From Acidobacteriota bacterium (GTDB lineage: Bacteria > Acidobacteriota > UBA6911 > RPQK01 > JAJDTT01): 64,000 bases of DNA. Below the pieces are notes generated by a model. The model ran no database searches, was not told where the DNA came from, and was given only the letters and a program-made list of their open reading frames with translations. The DNA lies in contig OZ253580.1 in assembly GCA_965263035.1 (NCBI GenBank), positions 5,760,001 through 5,824,000 of the forward strand, written 5' to 3'. The translations under genes were made by a program, and so were the position numbers. Of this stretch, positions 28,823-38,493 are shown one piece after another; position 1 is the stretch's first letter, and each line of letters starts with the position of its first letter.

Positions 28823-30468
28823 GAAAAACGATTCTCTTCCTGTCTCTTTCCGTGGCCCAGGCCTCGACCGAACCAGGCGCTCTTCAATTCCGGGAGGGGG
28901 CGGCGGAGGCCGGGATCGAGTTCCACTTCGTGAGCGGCTCGCCGGAAAAACCATTCATTATCGAGTCGATCAGCGGCGGGGTGGCTCTGTTCGATTACGA
29001 CAACGACGGATGGCTCGACATCTACCTGGTCAACGGGAACACCGTCGAGGAATACGTGGAAGCCAAACGCACCGTCCGCAACGCTCTATACCGGAACCAG
29101 GGGGACGGCACCTTCCGCGACGTCACCCTCGCGGCCGGCGTCTCCGGAGGTCCCTGGGACATGGGGGCGGTCGCCGCCGACGTAGACAACGACGGGTTCA
29201 AGGATCTCTTCCTCACCGGCTTTGATCGCAACACCTTGTTCCGAAACAACGGCGACGGCACCTTCACCGATGTCACCGTCTCATCGGGGCTGAGCGACAA
29301 ACGTTGGGGCGCGGGAGCCGCCTTCGGAGACTTTGACGCGGACGGCCTGCTCGACCTGTACGTCGCCCGCTACGTCGAGTTCGACCCGCGTCATCCCCCC
29401 CATCCCACGCCGAAATATTGCAGCTATCGGGGAATCTCCGTCCAGTGCGGTCCTCGCGGCATGCCGGGAGCCGAAGATTCCCTCTACAGGAACCTGGGCG
29501 GCGGCCATTTTCGCGACGTGAGCCGGGAGGCCGGAATTCGGACGGGTTCCCCTTACTACGGTCTGGGTTGCATCTGGTTCGACTACGACAACGATGGAGA
29601 CCAGGACATTTTCGTGGCCAACGATTCCTGTCCCAACTTCCTGTTCCGAAACGATGAGGGCCGATTCGTCGAGGTGGCAATGGAGTCCGGGGTTGCGTTG
29701 GGTGAGAACGGAAACGAGCAGGACGGCATGGGGATCGCAGTGGGAGACGTCAACCGCGACGGACGGCTGGACCTGGTGCAAACGAACTTTTCCGAGGACA
29801 ACAACACGCTGTATCTGAACCGGGGTTCGTTCTTCACCGACTCCAGTTACCGCTGGGGGCTGGGAGAGACCACCTGGCAATATCTGGGCTGGGGGACCTT
29901 TTTCTTCGATGGGGACCTGGACGGGTGGCTCGACCTCTTCGTCGCCAACGGGCACGTCTACCCCCAGGTGGACAACTACCAGATCGGGACGAAACTCCGG
30001 CAACGCGACCTTGTCTTCCATAACGAAGGGGGACGGCGTCTGCTCGAGGTGGGCAGGCAGGCGGGTCTGGTCCGGATGCAGAACACGCGAGGAGCCGCGG
30101 CGGGAGACTTGAACAACGACGGCAAGCCGGACATCGTCGTGAATCACATGGACTCGCTCGCCGGCTTGTACTGGAATGAGACTCCGACCGGCCAACGGCA
30201 TTGGATCGGCTTCGAGCTGGCCGGCTCGGTCTCCAACCGCGACGCGGTCGGGGCCCGGGTGACCGTTTCCGCGGGGGGACTACGGCAAGTCGCGGTCGCG
30301 CGGAGTGGCTCCAGCTACCTCTCTCACAACGATCACCGGCTCTTGTTCGGGACCGGGAATCACGAGATCGATGAAGTGACGATTCGCTGGCCCAGCGGCA
30401 GGATGCAGACTCTGAAGGATTGGGAGTTGGATGCCTACAATCAAGTGACGGAGCCGCGAGTCCCCTGA
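28819..30468 (+). CDS. CRTAC1 family protein (FG-GAP repeats + ASPIC/UnbV)
   Basis: DYDNDGWLDIY repeats, NRDAVGARV, SGSSYLS and IRWPSG motifs. Confidence 0.93.
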   Translation: MRKTILFLSLSVAQASTEPGALQFREGAAEAGIEFHFVSGSPEKPFIIESISGGVALFDYDNDGWLDIYLVNGNTVEEYVEAKRTVRNALYRNQGDGTFRDVTLAAGVSGGPWDMGAVAADVDNDGFKDLFLTGFDRNTLFRNNGDGTFTDVTVSSGLSDKRWGAGAAFGDFDADGLLDLYVARYVEFDPRHPPHPTPKYCSYRGISVQCGPRGMPGAEDSLYRNLGGGHFRDVSREAGIRTGSPYYGLGCIWFDYDNDGDQDIFVANDSCPNFLFRNDEGRFVEVAMESGVALGENGNEQDGMGIAVGDVNRDGRLDLVQTNFSEDNNTLYLNRGSFFTDSSYRWGLGETTWQYLGWGTFFFDGDLDGWLDLFVANGHVYPQVDNYQIGTKLRQRDLVFHNEGGRRLLEVGRQAGLVRMQNTRGAAAGDLNNDGKPDIVVNHMDSLAGLYWNETPTGQRHWIGFELAGSVSNRDAVGARVTVSAGGLRQVAVARSGSSYLSHNDHRLLFGTGNHEIDEVTIRWPSGRMQTLKDWELDAYNQVTEPRVP

Positions 30469-30485
30469 ATGGCTCGCGAAGTGGA

Positions 30486-30539
30486 TTCAAAACGAGCTCG
30501 GGTCAGGCGACCGACACCTAACTGATTGACTACCGCTGA
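30486..30539 (+). pseudogene. 3' remnant of a HigB/RelE-family toxin
   Basis: Translates F-K-T-S-S-G-Q-A-T-D-T-*-L-I-D-Y-R-*, resembling the HigB C-terminus (..G.A.DVDLIDYH); lies directly upstream of the higA RBS. Confidence 0.5.
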
Positions 30540-30550
30540 GGAGGTCCGAA

Positions 30551-30811
30551 ATGGCCATGCGCAACCCAGCGCACCCTGGAGAACTGATCCGCGAGAGCAT
30601 GGAAGCGAAAGGTTGGAAAGTGACGGATTGCGCCCAACACCTTGGGGTCACTCGCAATACGTTGTCGAGACTGCTGAACGGACGCGCCGGTGTTTCGCCC
30701 AGAATGGCTTTGGCGTTGGAACGCATCGGTTGGAGTGATGCCGAACATTGGGTGCGGATGCAAGGGAGCTACGACTTGGCGCAGGCCCGGCTGAGAGAAA
30801 CGGCGGCGTGA
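30551..30811 (+). CDS. higA: HigA family antitoxin (HTH)
   Basis: NPAHPGELIRE, LGVTRNTLSRLLNG, SPRMALAL and WVRMQGSYDL motifs. Confidence 0.9.
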   Translation: MAMRNPAHPGELIRESMEAKGWKVTDCAQHLGVTRNTLSRLLNGRAGVSPRMALALERIGWSDAEHWVRMQGSYDLAQARLRETAA

Positions 30812-30837
30812 GTCTGGTTGTAAGTCCTGATCCCCGG

Positions 30838-31119
30838 TCAGAAGTCCTTCCATCCCCTTTGCGACGTGGATGGCCGCGTTCCCGGGTCCCCACAAATCAT
30901 GGCGCGAAGCTCCAGCCACGAGTACGACTCAAGCGGATCGGCGCCGGTCGAAGTGCCCACACTCAAGTCGGTGAGCCGGCAATGAGTGCCGGAAGCCGGA
31001 GTGTCGAGCACCTTGCGGAGTCCCTCTTCGATCACCTCGCTCAATGACAGGCCTGATTGACTGGCATAGCTTTTTGCCCGCGCCGGCAACCGGTCGGAAA
31101 TGTCTATCGTTGTCTTCAT
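30838..31119 (-). CDS. Ribbon-helix-helix VapB/DUF2191-like antitoxin, possibly decaying
   Basis: MKTTIDISDRL..RAK..A...GLSLSEVIEEGLRKVL; no PIN toxin gene follows. Confidence 0.7.
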   Translation of the reverse strand: MKTTIDISDRLPARAKSYASQSGLSLSEVIEEGLRKVLDTPASGTHCRLTDLSVGTSTGADPLESYSWLELRAMICGDPGTRPSTSQRGWKDF

Positions 31120-31198
31120 GTCCCAACCTTCATCTTGCCTTCTGCTATGGTAACTCAGTTTCCTGTTGGCGCCGTCAGCCGCGACTTGGAGGTGTGAA

Positions 31199-32269
31199 AT
31201 GCAGGTTCGGACTCTCCTGTGTCTTGTCTTGATCTCTTCGGTTGTCTGGCTTCCCGCCTGCCAAGCTGAAGACCCGGCGCCACAGTTGCCCTTCTACAGG
31301 ATTCCGCAGGACATCCAGGCCTTCTCCCCGCAACCGATTCGGGGGGAGGGAGTGCGGCCCAAGCTCATGGAGCTGTTGGGACTCGAGAGCTTGCCCACGA
31401 CAGTGGAGGTGACTCGGGAAGAGACCGTTGCTGGTGACGATGGTGTCGATTCGACCCGCATCAGCTTCCGCAACTCTCTGGGCGAAACGGTTCCCGGTCT
31501 CCTGATGGTTCCGCAGGGCGCCGGACCAGGGACACTTCCCGGCGTCGTCTGCATGCCCGGCACCAGCGGCAGCCTGGATCAGATCAGCGACGAACGCCTT
31601 TACCGGGAGGCCGATGGCCAGGGACCGCTGAGGGGTTGGGCCCGCGAGTTGGCCCGAAGGGGCTTCGCCACGCTCGCCATCAGCGAGAAGGGAACCGTGA
31701 TTCGGCGCCGGGTGTTCGAGGACTGGGAAAGAGAAGCCAAGATGCTGATCCCCTATGGCCGGACACAGATGGGGGTCTTGGTGGAGGAGGCGTTGAAGGC
31801 GGCCCGGGTGCTGGCGGCCGAGCCGGCGGTCGACCCTTCACGGGTCGGCCTCACCGGATTTTCGCTGGGCAGCTACGCGACCTGGATGGCCGCCGCCTGC
31901 GATCCTTCCATACCTGCGGTCGCGGTACTCTGCGGCGGCTTGGGAGCCCTGGCCGCCGTGATCCATGAGTGGGACCCGGACCGGTCCAGCTCCTTCAGCT
32001 ACATCCCCCACATGTTGCGGTATTTCGACCATCCGGAGATCGTCGCCGCCACCATCGCTCCCCGTCCCCTGATGATGCTGGCCCCGCTCCAGGATCCCGA
32101 CATGCCCCGATCAGGAGTGGACCGGCTCATCGAGGTGGTTCAACCCGTCTACGAGGAACAGGGCTTTTCGGATCGATTTCTGGTCCACCGTCCCGACGAC
32201 GGACACAACTTTCGGATCGAGTACTTCGAGTGGATGGTGGAGTGGTTCCAGACCCAGTTGGGAGGGTGA
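31199..32269 (+). CDS. Alpha/beta hydrolase (dienelactone hydrolase/acetyl xylan esterase-like), secreted
   Basis: GFSLG nucleophile, IAPRPLM, C-terminal GH; signal peptide. Confidence 0.85.
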   Translation: MQVRTLLCLVLISSVVWLPACQAEDPAPQLPFYRIPQDIQAFSPQPIRGEGVRPKLMELLGLESLPTTVEVTREETVAGDDGVDSTRISFRNSLGETVPGLLMVPQGAGPGTLPGVVCMPGTSGSLDQISDERLYREADGQGPLRGWARELARRGFATLAISEKGTVIRRRVFEDWEREAKMLIPYGRTQMGVLVEEALKAARVLAAEPAVDPSRVGLTGFSLGSYATWMAAACDPSIPAVAVLCGGLGALAAVIHEWDPDRSSSFSYIPHMLRYFDHPEIVAATIAPRPLMMLAPLQDPDMPRSGVDRLIEVVQPVYEEQGFSDRFLVHRPDDGHNFRIEYFEWMVEWFQTQLGG

Positions 32270-32281
32270 TCCCCAAGGGGT

Positions 32282-33067
32282 TCAATACCACCACCGTTCG
32301 TAGGCCAGGAACCCCCCGTCGACCACGATGGCCGTCCCGTTGACGTAGGTGCACTCGTCCGACGCCAGGAAGACCGCCGCCGACGCCACCTCCTCGGGCT
32401 TGCCGGGCCGCCTCAGAGGAACCGACTTCTCGATCCCGATTCGCCTCCGCTCCTCGCTGAAAATGGGCAGGGCGCCTTCCGTCGCCGTCATTCCCGGCGC
32501 GATGGCATTGACGATGATCTTGTGGACACCCAGTTCCACGGCCATGGAACGGGTCAGACCCATGACTCCGTGCTTGGCCGCGACGTAGTTGGCGCCTCCC
32601 AAGTCGGCGCCGAAGCTGGCGGTGGACGCGATGTTGATGATCCTTCCCTCGATGCCGCGCCGGACCATGTAGCGCGCCACGGTCTGGCTGCAGAAAAAGA
32701 GACTGGTGAGATTGATGTCGATGACCCGTTTCCAGTTCTCCAGATCGAGTTCCAGGCAATGAGCGAACAGCTGCGGGTGGTGAACCGCGGTCACGCCGGC
32801 ATTGTTGACCAGGACGTCGATGCGCCCAAACTTCTCGGCGCAGGTCTCGACCAGATTCAGCACCTGGTCCGGAACGGTCACATCGGTGGGAATGGAGACG
32901 GCCTCACCCCCCTGGGCGGAGATTTCCTGACAGGTTCGGTCCCCGGCTTCGGGTTGGACCTCTCCGATCGCGACCCTGGCCCCCTCGGCAGCAAAGCGGA
33001 GTGCGATGCCACGGCCCAAACCGGTGCCGCCGCCGGTGACGATGGCCACCTTTCCTTCAAGTCGCAT
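32282..33067 (-). CDS. SDR family oxidoreductase
   Basis: TGGGTGLG, NNAG, YVAAK and VNAIAPG motifs. Confidence 0.93.
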   Translation of the reverse strand: MRLEGKVAIVTGGGTGLGRGIALRFAAEGARVAIGEVQPEAGDRTCQEISAQGGEAVSIPTDVTVPDQVLNLVETCAEKFGRIDVLVNNAGVTAVHHPQLFAHCLELDLENWKRVIDINLTSLFFCSQTVARYMVRRGIEGRIINIASTASFGADLGGANYVAAKHGVMGLTRSMAVELGVHKIIVNAIAPGMTATEGALPIFSEERRRIGIEKSVPLRRPGKPEEVASAAVFLASDECTYVNGTAIVVDGGFLAYERWWY

Positions 33068-33309
33068 GGGAAGTGATTCCTCCAATCTCGAATCTGGGGG
33101 ATTGACGAGCCGGCTTTGGCCTCCTTTTTCCGGCCGGACGCTCTCCGAGACTGCTGAAACGCCTTGGAGACTAGCACCCACTGGCACCGGAGACCAGCGA
33201 ATCGGCCATCGTGAGGTTGACAGCGTCCCCGTCCTTGCCAGTCGAGACGTACCGGAATACTCTTGACCGCTCCTGCGGCGAGAATGCCCGCGAAAGAAGG
33301 AGGTTTCGG

Positions 33310-35064
33310 ATGCCACCGGAGGGAAGAGAAGTGTCCTTGTTTGAAGCCCCTATCGGAAGATCCGCATGGCGGCGTCTGCTGCTGGCAGGGTCTCTGATCT
33401 TCTCGAGCTTGTGCGTTACCCGGCCGGCGTTGGGATCGGAGCACCCCGGATCCGGGATCGTCGACCTGTCTCTGATGGTGGCTCCAAACCTGCCGGCCAC
33501 TTGGCCTGATCCCAAGATCCCCAATTTCCAGATCAGTCACTACCTGAAGATCGGCCCCGAGGGAGCTTACAACAGCGATATTCTTACCATTGACGGCAAC
33601 ACCGGCACGCAACTGGACGTGCCGCCCCATTCGGTGGCGCGTCCCGAACTGGGCTTCCCCAACTCGGGACCGTACGGGCACATGTTCATCGACCGGGTCC
33701 CCACTTGGCAACTCGGCGGCGAGGCCTGCGTCGTGGATCTGAGATCCCTTCGCGACGCCGCTCCAAAGGGGCGCAGCGCCCTCATCGAAAGGAAGCATAT
33801 CGAGGCCTGGGAGAGGGAACACCGGCCTCTACGGCCGGGCGATGTCGTCCTCTTCTACTCGGGCTACAGCGACCACTACTACAAGCCGTTTCCAAAAGGC
33901 CGCCGCTTCATCGCCGCGGCCATCGGCGGCGACACTCCGGGTTGGCCCGATCCCAGCCCCGATTGCATGGAATACCTGGCCAGCCGCGGCGTCAGAGCCC
34001 TGGGCACCGACAGTCCCAGCATGGGCCCGTTGCCCGATCTGGCCGAGCCCACGCACTACGCCGGCCTCAAGCACGGAATGATCTGGACCGAAGGCGTCAT
34101 CGGGCTCGGGAACCTGCCCTCGACCGGCGCATTCTACTGCATGTTGGGACCCAAACATGCCGGCGCGCCCTTCGGAGAAGGAAGAGCCTTCGCCATCGTG
34201 GAGAATCCTCTGGCGGCCCGGCTCATCGATTCGATGCGAAAGATGCGGGTGGTGGACCTTTCGGTGACACTGGCGCCCGAGCTGCCCGTGACCTGGCCTG
34301 GAGCCGCCACCGGAGAGCACCGCCATCCCTATCACCGGCTGGATTTCTCGTACATACCGCACCTCGATCTCCACAACCACACCCACATGCTGGACAGCCA
34401 CGCCGGGACCCATCTGGTGCCGCCCTCGTATGCGCTGCCTCCCCCGGGATTCGACGACTCCAGCTATCCGCCCCAGGTTCAAGGATGGCTCGCCGAGTAC
34501 GAGCGGGAGTACGGAACTCGAGGCACCAGCCAAGTCACCACCGAACAGGTCCCCCTGTCCCAGACCATGGGCCCGGCCCGAGTCATCGACGTCCGGCATC
34601 TCGTGGGCTCGGTGCATTCGGATCGTTGGCCCGATTCCCCGGAAATCACCGTCGCGGACATACGCAGATATGAAGGGGAGCGGGGCGCCCTGAATCCAGG
34701 CGATATCGTCCTCTTTCACAGCGGCCACGTCCCTCGAACGTTCAAGCCCCACGCCCAAGGGGAGGCCTGCATGAGTGCTCCTCTGCAGGGAAAGAGTGAA
34801 GGCTGGCCGGCGCCAGGTCCCGAGGCTATCGCCTATTTGGCAGAGAAGGGAATCCGTTGCGTCGGCACCGACGGCCCCTCGCTGGGGGGTGTGACCCCCC
34901 CAAAGGCGCTGGCGACCTACTGGGCCTTGGGAACTCGGGGAATGGTCGGTGTCGAGTTTCTGACCCACGTGGGGGAGGTCCCGGAGGGAGCTTTTTTTCT
35001 CTTTGCCCCGGTAAGAATTCGAGGTTGTCACGGGGGACCGGGACGAGCCATCGCCCTTTATTGA
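33310..35064 (+). CDS. Cyclase family (kynurenine formamidase-like) protein with two tandem domains
   Basis: Two repeats of VDLS..L.P..P.TWP, (N/H)xGT(Q/H)L.xPxx, GDxVLFxSG and GTDxPS. Confidence 0.85.
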   Translation: MPPEGREVSLFEAPIGRSAWRRLLLAGSLIFSSLCVTRPALGSEHPGSGIVDLSLMVAPNLPATWPDPKIPNFQISHYLKIGPEGAYNSDILTIDGNTGTQLDVPPHSVARPELGFPNSGPYGHMFIDRVPTWQLGGEACVVDLRSLRDAAPKGRSALIERKHIEAWEREHRPLRPGDVVLFYSGYSDHYYKPFPKGRRFIAAAIGGDTPGWPDPSPDCMEYLASRGVRALGTDSPSMGPLPDLAEPTHYAGLKHGMIWTEGVIGLGNLPSTGAFYCMLGPKHAGAPFGEGRAFAIVENPLAARLIDSMRKMRVVDLSVTLAPELPVTWPGAATGEHRHPYHRLDFSYIPHLDLHNHTHMLDSHAGTHLVPPSYALPPPGFDDSSYPPQVQGWLAEYEREYGTRGTSQVTTEQVPLSQTMGPARVIDVRHLVGSVHSDRWPDSPEITVADIRRYEGERGALNPGDIVLFHSGHVPRTFKPHAQGEACMSAPLQGKSEGWPAPGPEAIAYLAEKGIRCVGTDGPSLGGVTPPKALATYWALGTRGMVGVEFLTHVGEVPEGAFFLFAPVRIRGCHGGPGRAIALY

Positions 35065-35094
35065 GTTGGACGGGTAGATTCCCACGAGTTGTTC

Positions 35095-35997
35095 ATGCGT
35101 TGCGGTCGTTTCATCTCCATCCTGGGCTTGGGACTGACTCTGGGGTGCGGAGAGGCCCCCCCTCCGGAGACTTCGGAGCCGTACGAATTCACCTACGACT
35201 GGTTTACCAGCGCCGTTCCAGTCTGGACTCGGGTCTTGGCTCCCTATGCGGGCCAGCCGGAGATCCACTACCTGGAGGTGGGAGTCTTCGAGGGCCGATC
35301 CGCCATCTGGATGTTGAACAATGTTCTGACCCATCCGACATCAACTCTCACTGGAATAGATCTTTTTCCAGGGGACTTGAAAGATCGCTACTGGGCCAAC
35401 CTGCAACTCTCGGGCGCCGCCGAAAAGGCCATCACCATCACTGGACGCTCACAGGTCGAGCTCCGAAAACTGGAGCCTGATTCCTACGACATCATCTATA
35501 TCGACGGCGGACACACGGCCGACATGGTCCTTGCGGATGCCGTGTTGTCGTGGGATCTGCTCCAGGTGGGGGGCCTCCTGATCTTCGACGACTACCGGTG
35601 GAAGAGGGAGGAATATCCGGCCGAAGTCCGGCCGGGCGTGAGTATCGAGGCGTTCATCACAGCCTACCGGAACTTTCTGGTGTTGGTGCACCTGGACTAC
35701 CAGGCCATCGTCCGCAAGAAGGAAGGTCCCGCCTTGGCCGATCCGTACCTGACCATCCTGGGTGATTACGCCTACGCGTGGGAGGCGCGGGAACTCCGCC
35801 GCCGGGACGACGGGAACCGGGTGGACCTCTCCGAAGGCGAGAGGGACCTCCTGGAGGATTTGATCCGGTCCCGTCCCTTCGGAGAGACGGCCTTCGTGGC
35901 CGGTCCTACGCAGGCTCTGGACAACGAACTCAGAGCCCTGGTCCATCGCCTGGACCTGGAGCTGGACCTGAGGTGGATGGCGGACGAAAACCCTTGA
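35095..35997 (+). CDS. Class I SAM-dependent methyltransferase (Methyltransf_24-like)
   Basis: YLEVGVFEGRS, YDIIYIDGGH and GGLLIFDDY motifs; lipoprotein-like N-terminus LGLTLGC. Confidence 0.85.
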   Translation: MRCGRFISILGLGLTLGCGEAPPPETSEPYEFTYDWFTSAVPVWTRVLAPYAGQPEIHYLEVGVFEGRSAIWMLNNVLTHPTSTLTGIDLFPGDLKDRYWANLQLSGAAEKAITITGRSQVELRKLEPDSYDIIYIDGGHTADMVLADAVLSWDLLQVGGLLIFDDYRWKREEYPAEVRPGVSIEAFITAYRNFLVLVHLDYQAIVRKKEGPALADPYLTILGDYAYAWEARELRRRDDGNRVDLSEGERDLLEDLIRSRPFGETAFVAGPTQALDNELRALVHRLDLELDLRWMADENP

Positions 35998-36054
35998 GAC
36001 AGGCAGTCCGTGGTTCACTTGCGAGCATGCGCCGAAGGCAACATTCCTGCGTGA

Positions 36055-37233
36055 TTATCGCGTCCTCCGGTGAAAAATTCGGACCAGATTTCGGCCCAAC
36101 CCCAGCACGAACAGGGCGCCGGCCAAAAGGCTGATTCCCAAGCATGCGTGGAGCATCGCCGGGACCCCGGCACTCTCTGCCAACGGACCCAGTAGCAATC
36201 CCGCTACCGAGTTGCCCAAATCCAGTGCACTGAAGTAGACGGCGATGATCCGGGGACGATTCTCGTGGCTGGTGTGGTCCGAGACGAACGTGGACATGGC
36301 CGTCATGTAGGCGCCGAACCCGGCGCCGTAGACGAGTCCCGCAGCCACCAGTCTGGGCATGGACTCGACTCCTCCCATCATGAAGACGCCGGCGATCAGA
36401 AGAATCTGTGCCATAAACCCGGCCGGGAGCCGTCCCCAGCGATCGGAAACTTGCCCCGAGACCAAACGACCCGAAAGAGCGGCCAAGGCAAAGCAGGTGA
36501 AGAAAACACCGCTGTTCCCGGTCAGGGTCTGACTGACGTACAGGGGAAGAAAGTAGAACGCTCCACCGTGCACCAGCGCGTTCAGAAAGAGCAGGGTCGT
36601 CGCGACCAGCACGGGTCGGCCGACGCCGTGAACCCGTTCCCGGCCCGTCGGAGGATGGAGACTCTCGGGATGGACCTCTTCCACCACCCGCGAGAGTAGA
36701 ACGAGGCCGATCAGCGTCACGCCGGCGACGGTGGCGAAGAGGACGTCGGCTCCCGCCCGCTCCAAGACGATCACCGCCAACAACGGACCCGCCGACAGCA
36801 CCGATGTGTGGCTCATTCCCAGGTAGGACAGGGATCGGCCTCGACGCCGCTTGGGAGTCTGATCGATGGCCATGGTCGTGGTTGCCGTGATCAGCAGGGA
36901 GGATCCGATCCCTTGAAGAAACCGAAAAAGGAGGTACCACGAGACCTGCGGAACCCACCAGTAGAAGAGGACGGAACCGCAGATGAGCAACGCTCCCAGG
37001 GTGGCCACCCGTTTGCGGGACCGGGAGCCGAGAAGCCATGTCGCCAATGGTCGCCCTGCCAACACGCCGGCGGCGTAGCTTCCCATCACGAACCCGATCC
37101 GGCTCACCTCCACGTTCCGGCCGGCCAAGACCAAGGGGAGCCCGATCAGGAGTAGCGCATGACAACTGGAGAAACAGAACCGCGCGGCCAACAGGCGGCC
37201 GAATGAAGTCAAAACCCCTTTATTGGAGGACAT
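36055..37233 (-). CDS. MFS transporter
   Basis: About 12 TM helices; RFLQGIG and SDRWGR motifs. Confidence 0.9.
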   Translation of the reverse strand: MSSNKGVLTSFGRLLAARFCFSSCHALLLIGLPLVLAGRNVEVSRIGFVMGSYAAGVLAGRPLATWLLGSRSRKRVATLGALLICGSVLFYWWVPQVSWYLLFRFLQGIGSSLLITATTTMAIDQTPKRRRGRSLSYLGMSHTSVLSAGPLLAVIVLERAGADVLFATVAGVTLIGLVLLSRVVEEVHPESLHPPTGRERVHGVGRPVLVATTLLFLNALVHGGAFYFLPLYVSQTLTGNSGVFFTCFALAALSGRLVSGQVSDRWGRLPAGFMAQILLIAGVFMMGGVESMPRLVAAGLVYGAGFGAYMTAMSTFVSDHTSHENRPRIIAVYFSALDLGNSVAGLLLGPLAESAGVPAMLHACLGISLLAGALFVLGLGRNLVRIFHRRTR

Positions 37234-37275
37234 ATCGGTGCCGCTGTCTGAAGCTCCACCCAAGCATCGTCACGG

Positions 37276-38493
37276 TCAACGGGCAAGCCGAATCCCGAAA
37301 CAGGTGAGGAGCGGGGAGAGAACGGTGTGGATCTCGAACGCCTTCCCGGCGGCGCGGTTCTGGGAAGCGATCCTTTCGTATCGAGTCTCATCCCGGAACA
37401 GATCCCGGATAGCCTCACACCAGGATTCGTGTCCGGCCAGGGACTCGCACCAGAGCCGGTTTTCCTCCCCGACCGCCTCCCGTATTCCACCCGACCGGGG
37501 TCCCCCGTAATACAGCACCGGCGTTCCTCTGGAGGCGAAGGTGACGGAAGAGCTGCTGATGGCTTCGGTAAAGGTTTCCTCCCGCTCGAGACCGGAGCCC
37601 ATCAGCATGAGATCCGTCCGGGCCGCCAGGCCCAGGACTTCCGGAAAGGAGAGGGGACCGACCCAGGCGCGGCCTTCCGAGATCCAACCGGCCAGGACCT
37701 GCCGGATTCGGTTGCGTTCGGCACCGGAACCCGCCATGACCGCCCGTACGGACGGTTCCCGTCTCAACAGCGCGTCCAGGACCTCGGCAACCCTGAGAGC
37801 TCCTTTCTCCGCCGCCATCCGCCCGGCAAAGGCCACTAGTCGTCCCCCGACCGGGGGACTGCCAGGGAACAGGCGTTGCTCCAGACTCCGGGCTTCGGCC
37901 TCAAGCGCCTCCGAGGAGAAGGGATGGAACGTCACCGGCGCCACCACACCGGTCACAGGCAGACCGATTTTTCTCGCCAGATCCTCAAGCCAGCCGGAGA
38001 CGGTGAAGATGGCCTCGCATTGCTCCAAGGCCCGACGGTATCGGCGGCCCGAATAGGTCTCTCCCCACGGTCTGGCCAGTTCCAGCGTATCGGTCCCCCG
38101 CAGCAGGCTCACCACCGGGGTCGACGGATCGAGACAGACGTTGAGGACGTCGGCCAGGTAGCTCAAGGGAGAGATGGCCAGAACTCCACGCACGCCGTCG
38201 GGGTACTCCCGCAGGATGCCGTCGACCGAGTCGGCCACGACGCAGGAGCTCATGCTGTGGGGCACTTTGGCCATGGGCTCGTACTGAATCTCGATGCGCC
38301 GGTAACGGGCGGCGGCGACCGGGGGTGTGATCCGCACGCTGTGGCGGGAGCCCTCGCGGGAAGTATGGGTGACGTGGACTACGGGGACACCGGCGCGGCC
38401 CGCCAGAAATTCCGAGAGTTGCCAGGAGAAGATACTGTGTCCCGACAGATAGGAATCGGGATTGCGGGAGATGACGACCAGCGGTTTGCTCAT
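37276..38493 (-). CDS. Glycosyltransferase family 4 (GT-B), divergent
   Basis: LRGTD, FTVS, FAGRMAAEKG and AGSG motifs; EX7E motif is degenerate. Confidence 0.75.
   Translation of the reverse strand: MSKPLVVISRNPDSYLSGHSIFSWQLSEFLAGRAGVPVVHVTHTSREGSRHSVRITPPVAAARYRRIEIQYEPMAKVPHSMSSCVVADSVDGILREYPDGVRGVLAISPLSYLADVLNVCLDPSTPVVSLLRGTDTLELARPWGETYSGRRYRRALEQCEAIFTVSGWLEDLARKIGLPVTGVVAPVTFHPFSSEALEAEARSLEQRLFPGSPPVGGRLVAFAGRMAAEKGALRVAEVLDALLRREPSVRAVMAGSGAERNRIRQVLAGWISEGRAWVGPLSFPEVLGLAARTDLMLMGSGLEREETFTEAISSSSVTFASRGTPVLYYGGPRSGGIREAVGEENRLWCESLAGHESWCEAIRDLFRDETRYERIASQNRAAGKAFEIHTVLSPLLTCFGIRLAR

Noticed and set aside
27536-30468. TPR + CRTAC1/ASPIC-UnbV pair as a novel system
   Set aside because: This is a common arrangement in Acidobacteriota and Planctomycetota; nothing distinctive here.
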